DNA of 63,454 nucleotides, counting the filler, from Octopus bimaculoides (lineage: Eukaryota): the NCBI RefSeq assembly GCF_001194135.2. It is 5 parts of 5 records of this genome, joined end to end, with 100 filler letters (N's around TTAATTAATTAA, not from the genome) between each part and the next. Parts side by side here need not be neighbours in the genome. Positions count along the whole stretch, not along the records: positions 61,438 to 63,454 come from NW_026330053.1; 4 more parts are not named here. One strand, given 5' to 3'. The notes under the pieces are model-generated. The model did no database searches and was not told the DNA's origin. It saw only the letters and a program-made list of their open reading frames with translations. The position numbers and the translations under genes are program-made. Shown one piece after another: positions 63,405-63,454 of the stretch (positions are counted from its first letter, which is position 1; every line of letters starts with the position of its first letter).

Positions 63405-63454
<50 letters not shown>

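Noticed and set aside
1-63454. CRISPR array, rRNA, intact tRNA or prokaryotic operon
   Set aside because: No regularly spaced repeat-spacer units or such genes seen; recurring motifs are dispersed SINE parts

Overview
AT-rich, microsatellite-dense eukaryotic draft scaffold. About 18% is N gaps, most flanked by (AT)n/(GT)n, and four gaps carry an artificial TTAATTAATTAA linker. The repeat landscape looks like an octopod cephalopod genome (inference from recognised SINE types, no database search). No prokaryotic features (operons, CRISPR, rRNA). Contents: (i) about 25 tRNA-headed SINE copies of at least three families; (ii) relics of Ty3/Gypsy pol, an L2/CR1-type LINE 3' end, two R4/Dong-type 3' ends, and Tc1 and mariner transposases, plus MITEs; (iii) a 572-bp TIR element with an 8-bp TSD and a head-to-head telomeric-repeat palindrome; (iv) several minimal type I hammerhead-ribozyme motifs, of which 54147-54275 meets all core criteria and a pair at 11869-12103 forms a foldback; (v) a chain of small, phase-compatible minus-strand candidate exons from 48451 to 14656 that may encode one or two unrecognised, possibly secreted proteins. 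All calls were made by eye.
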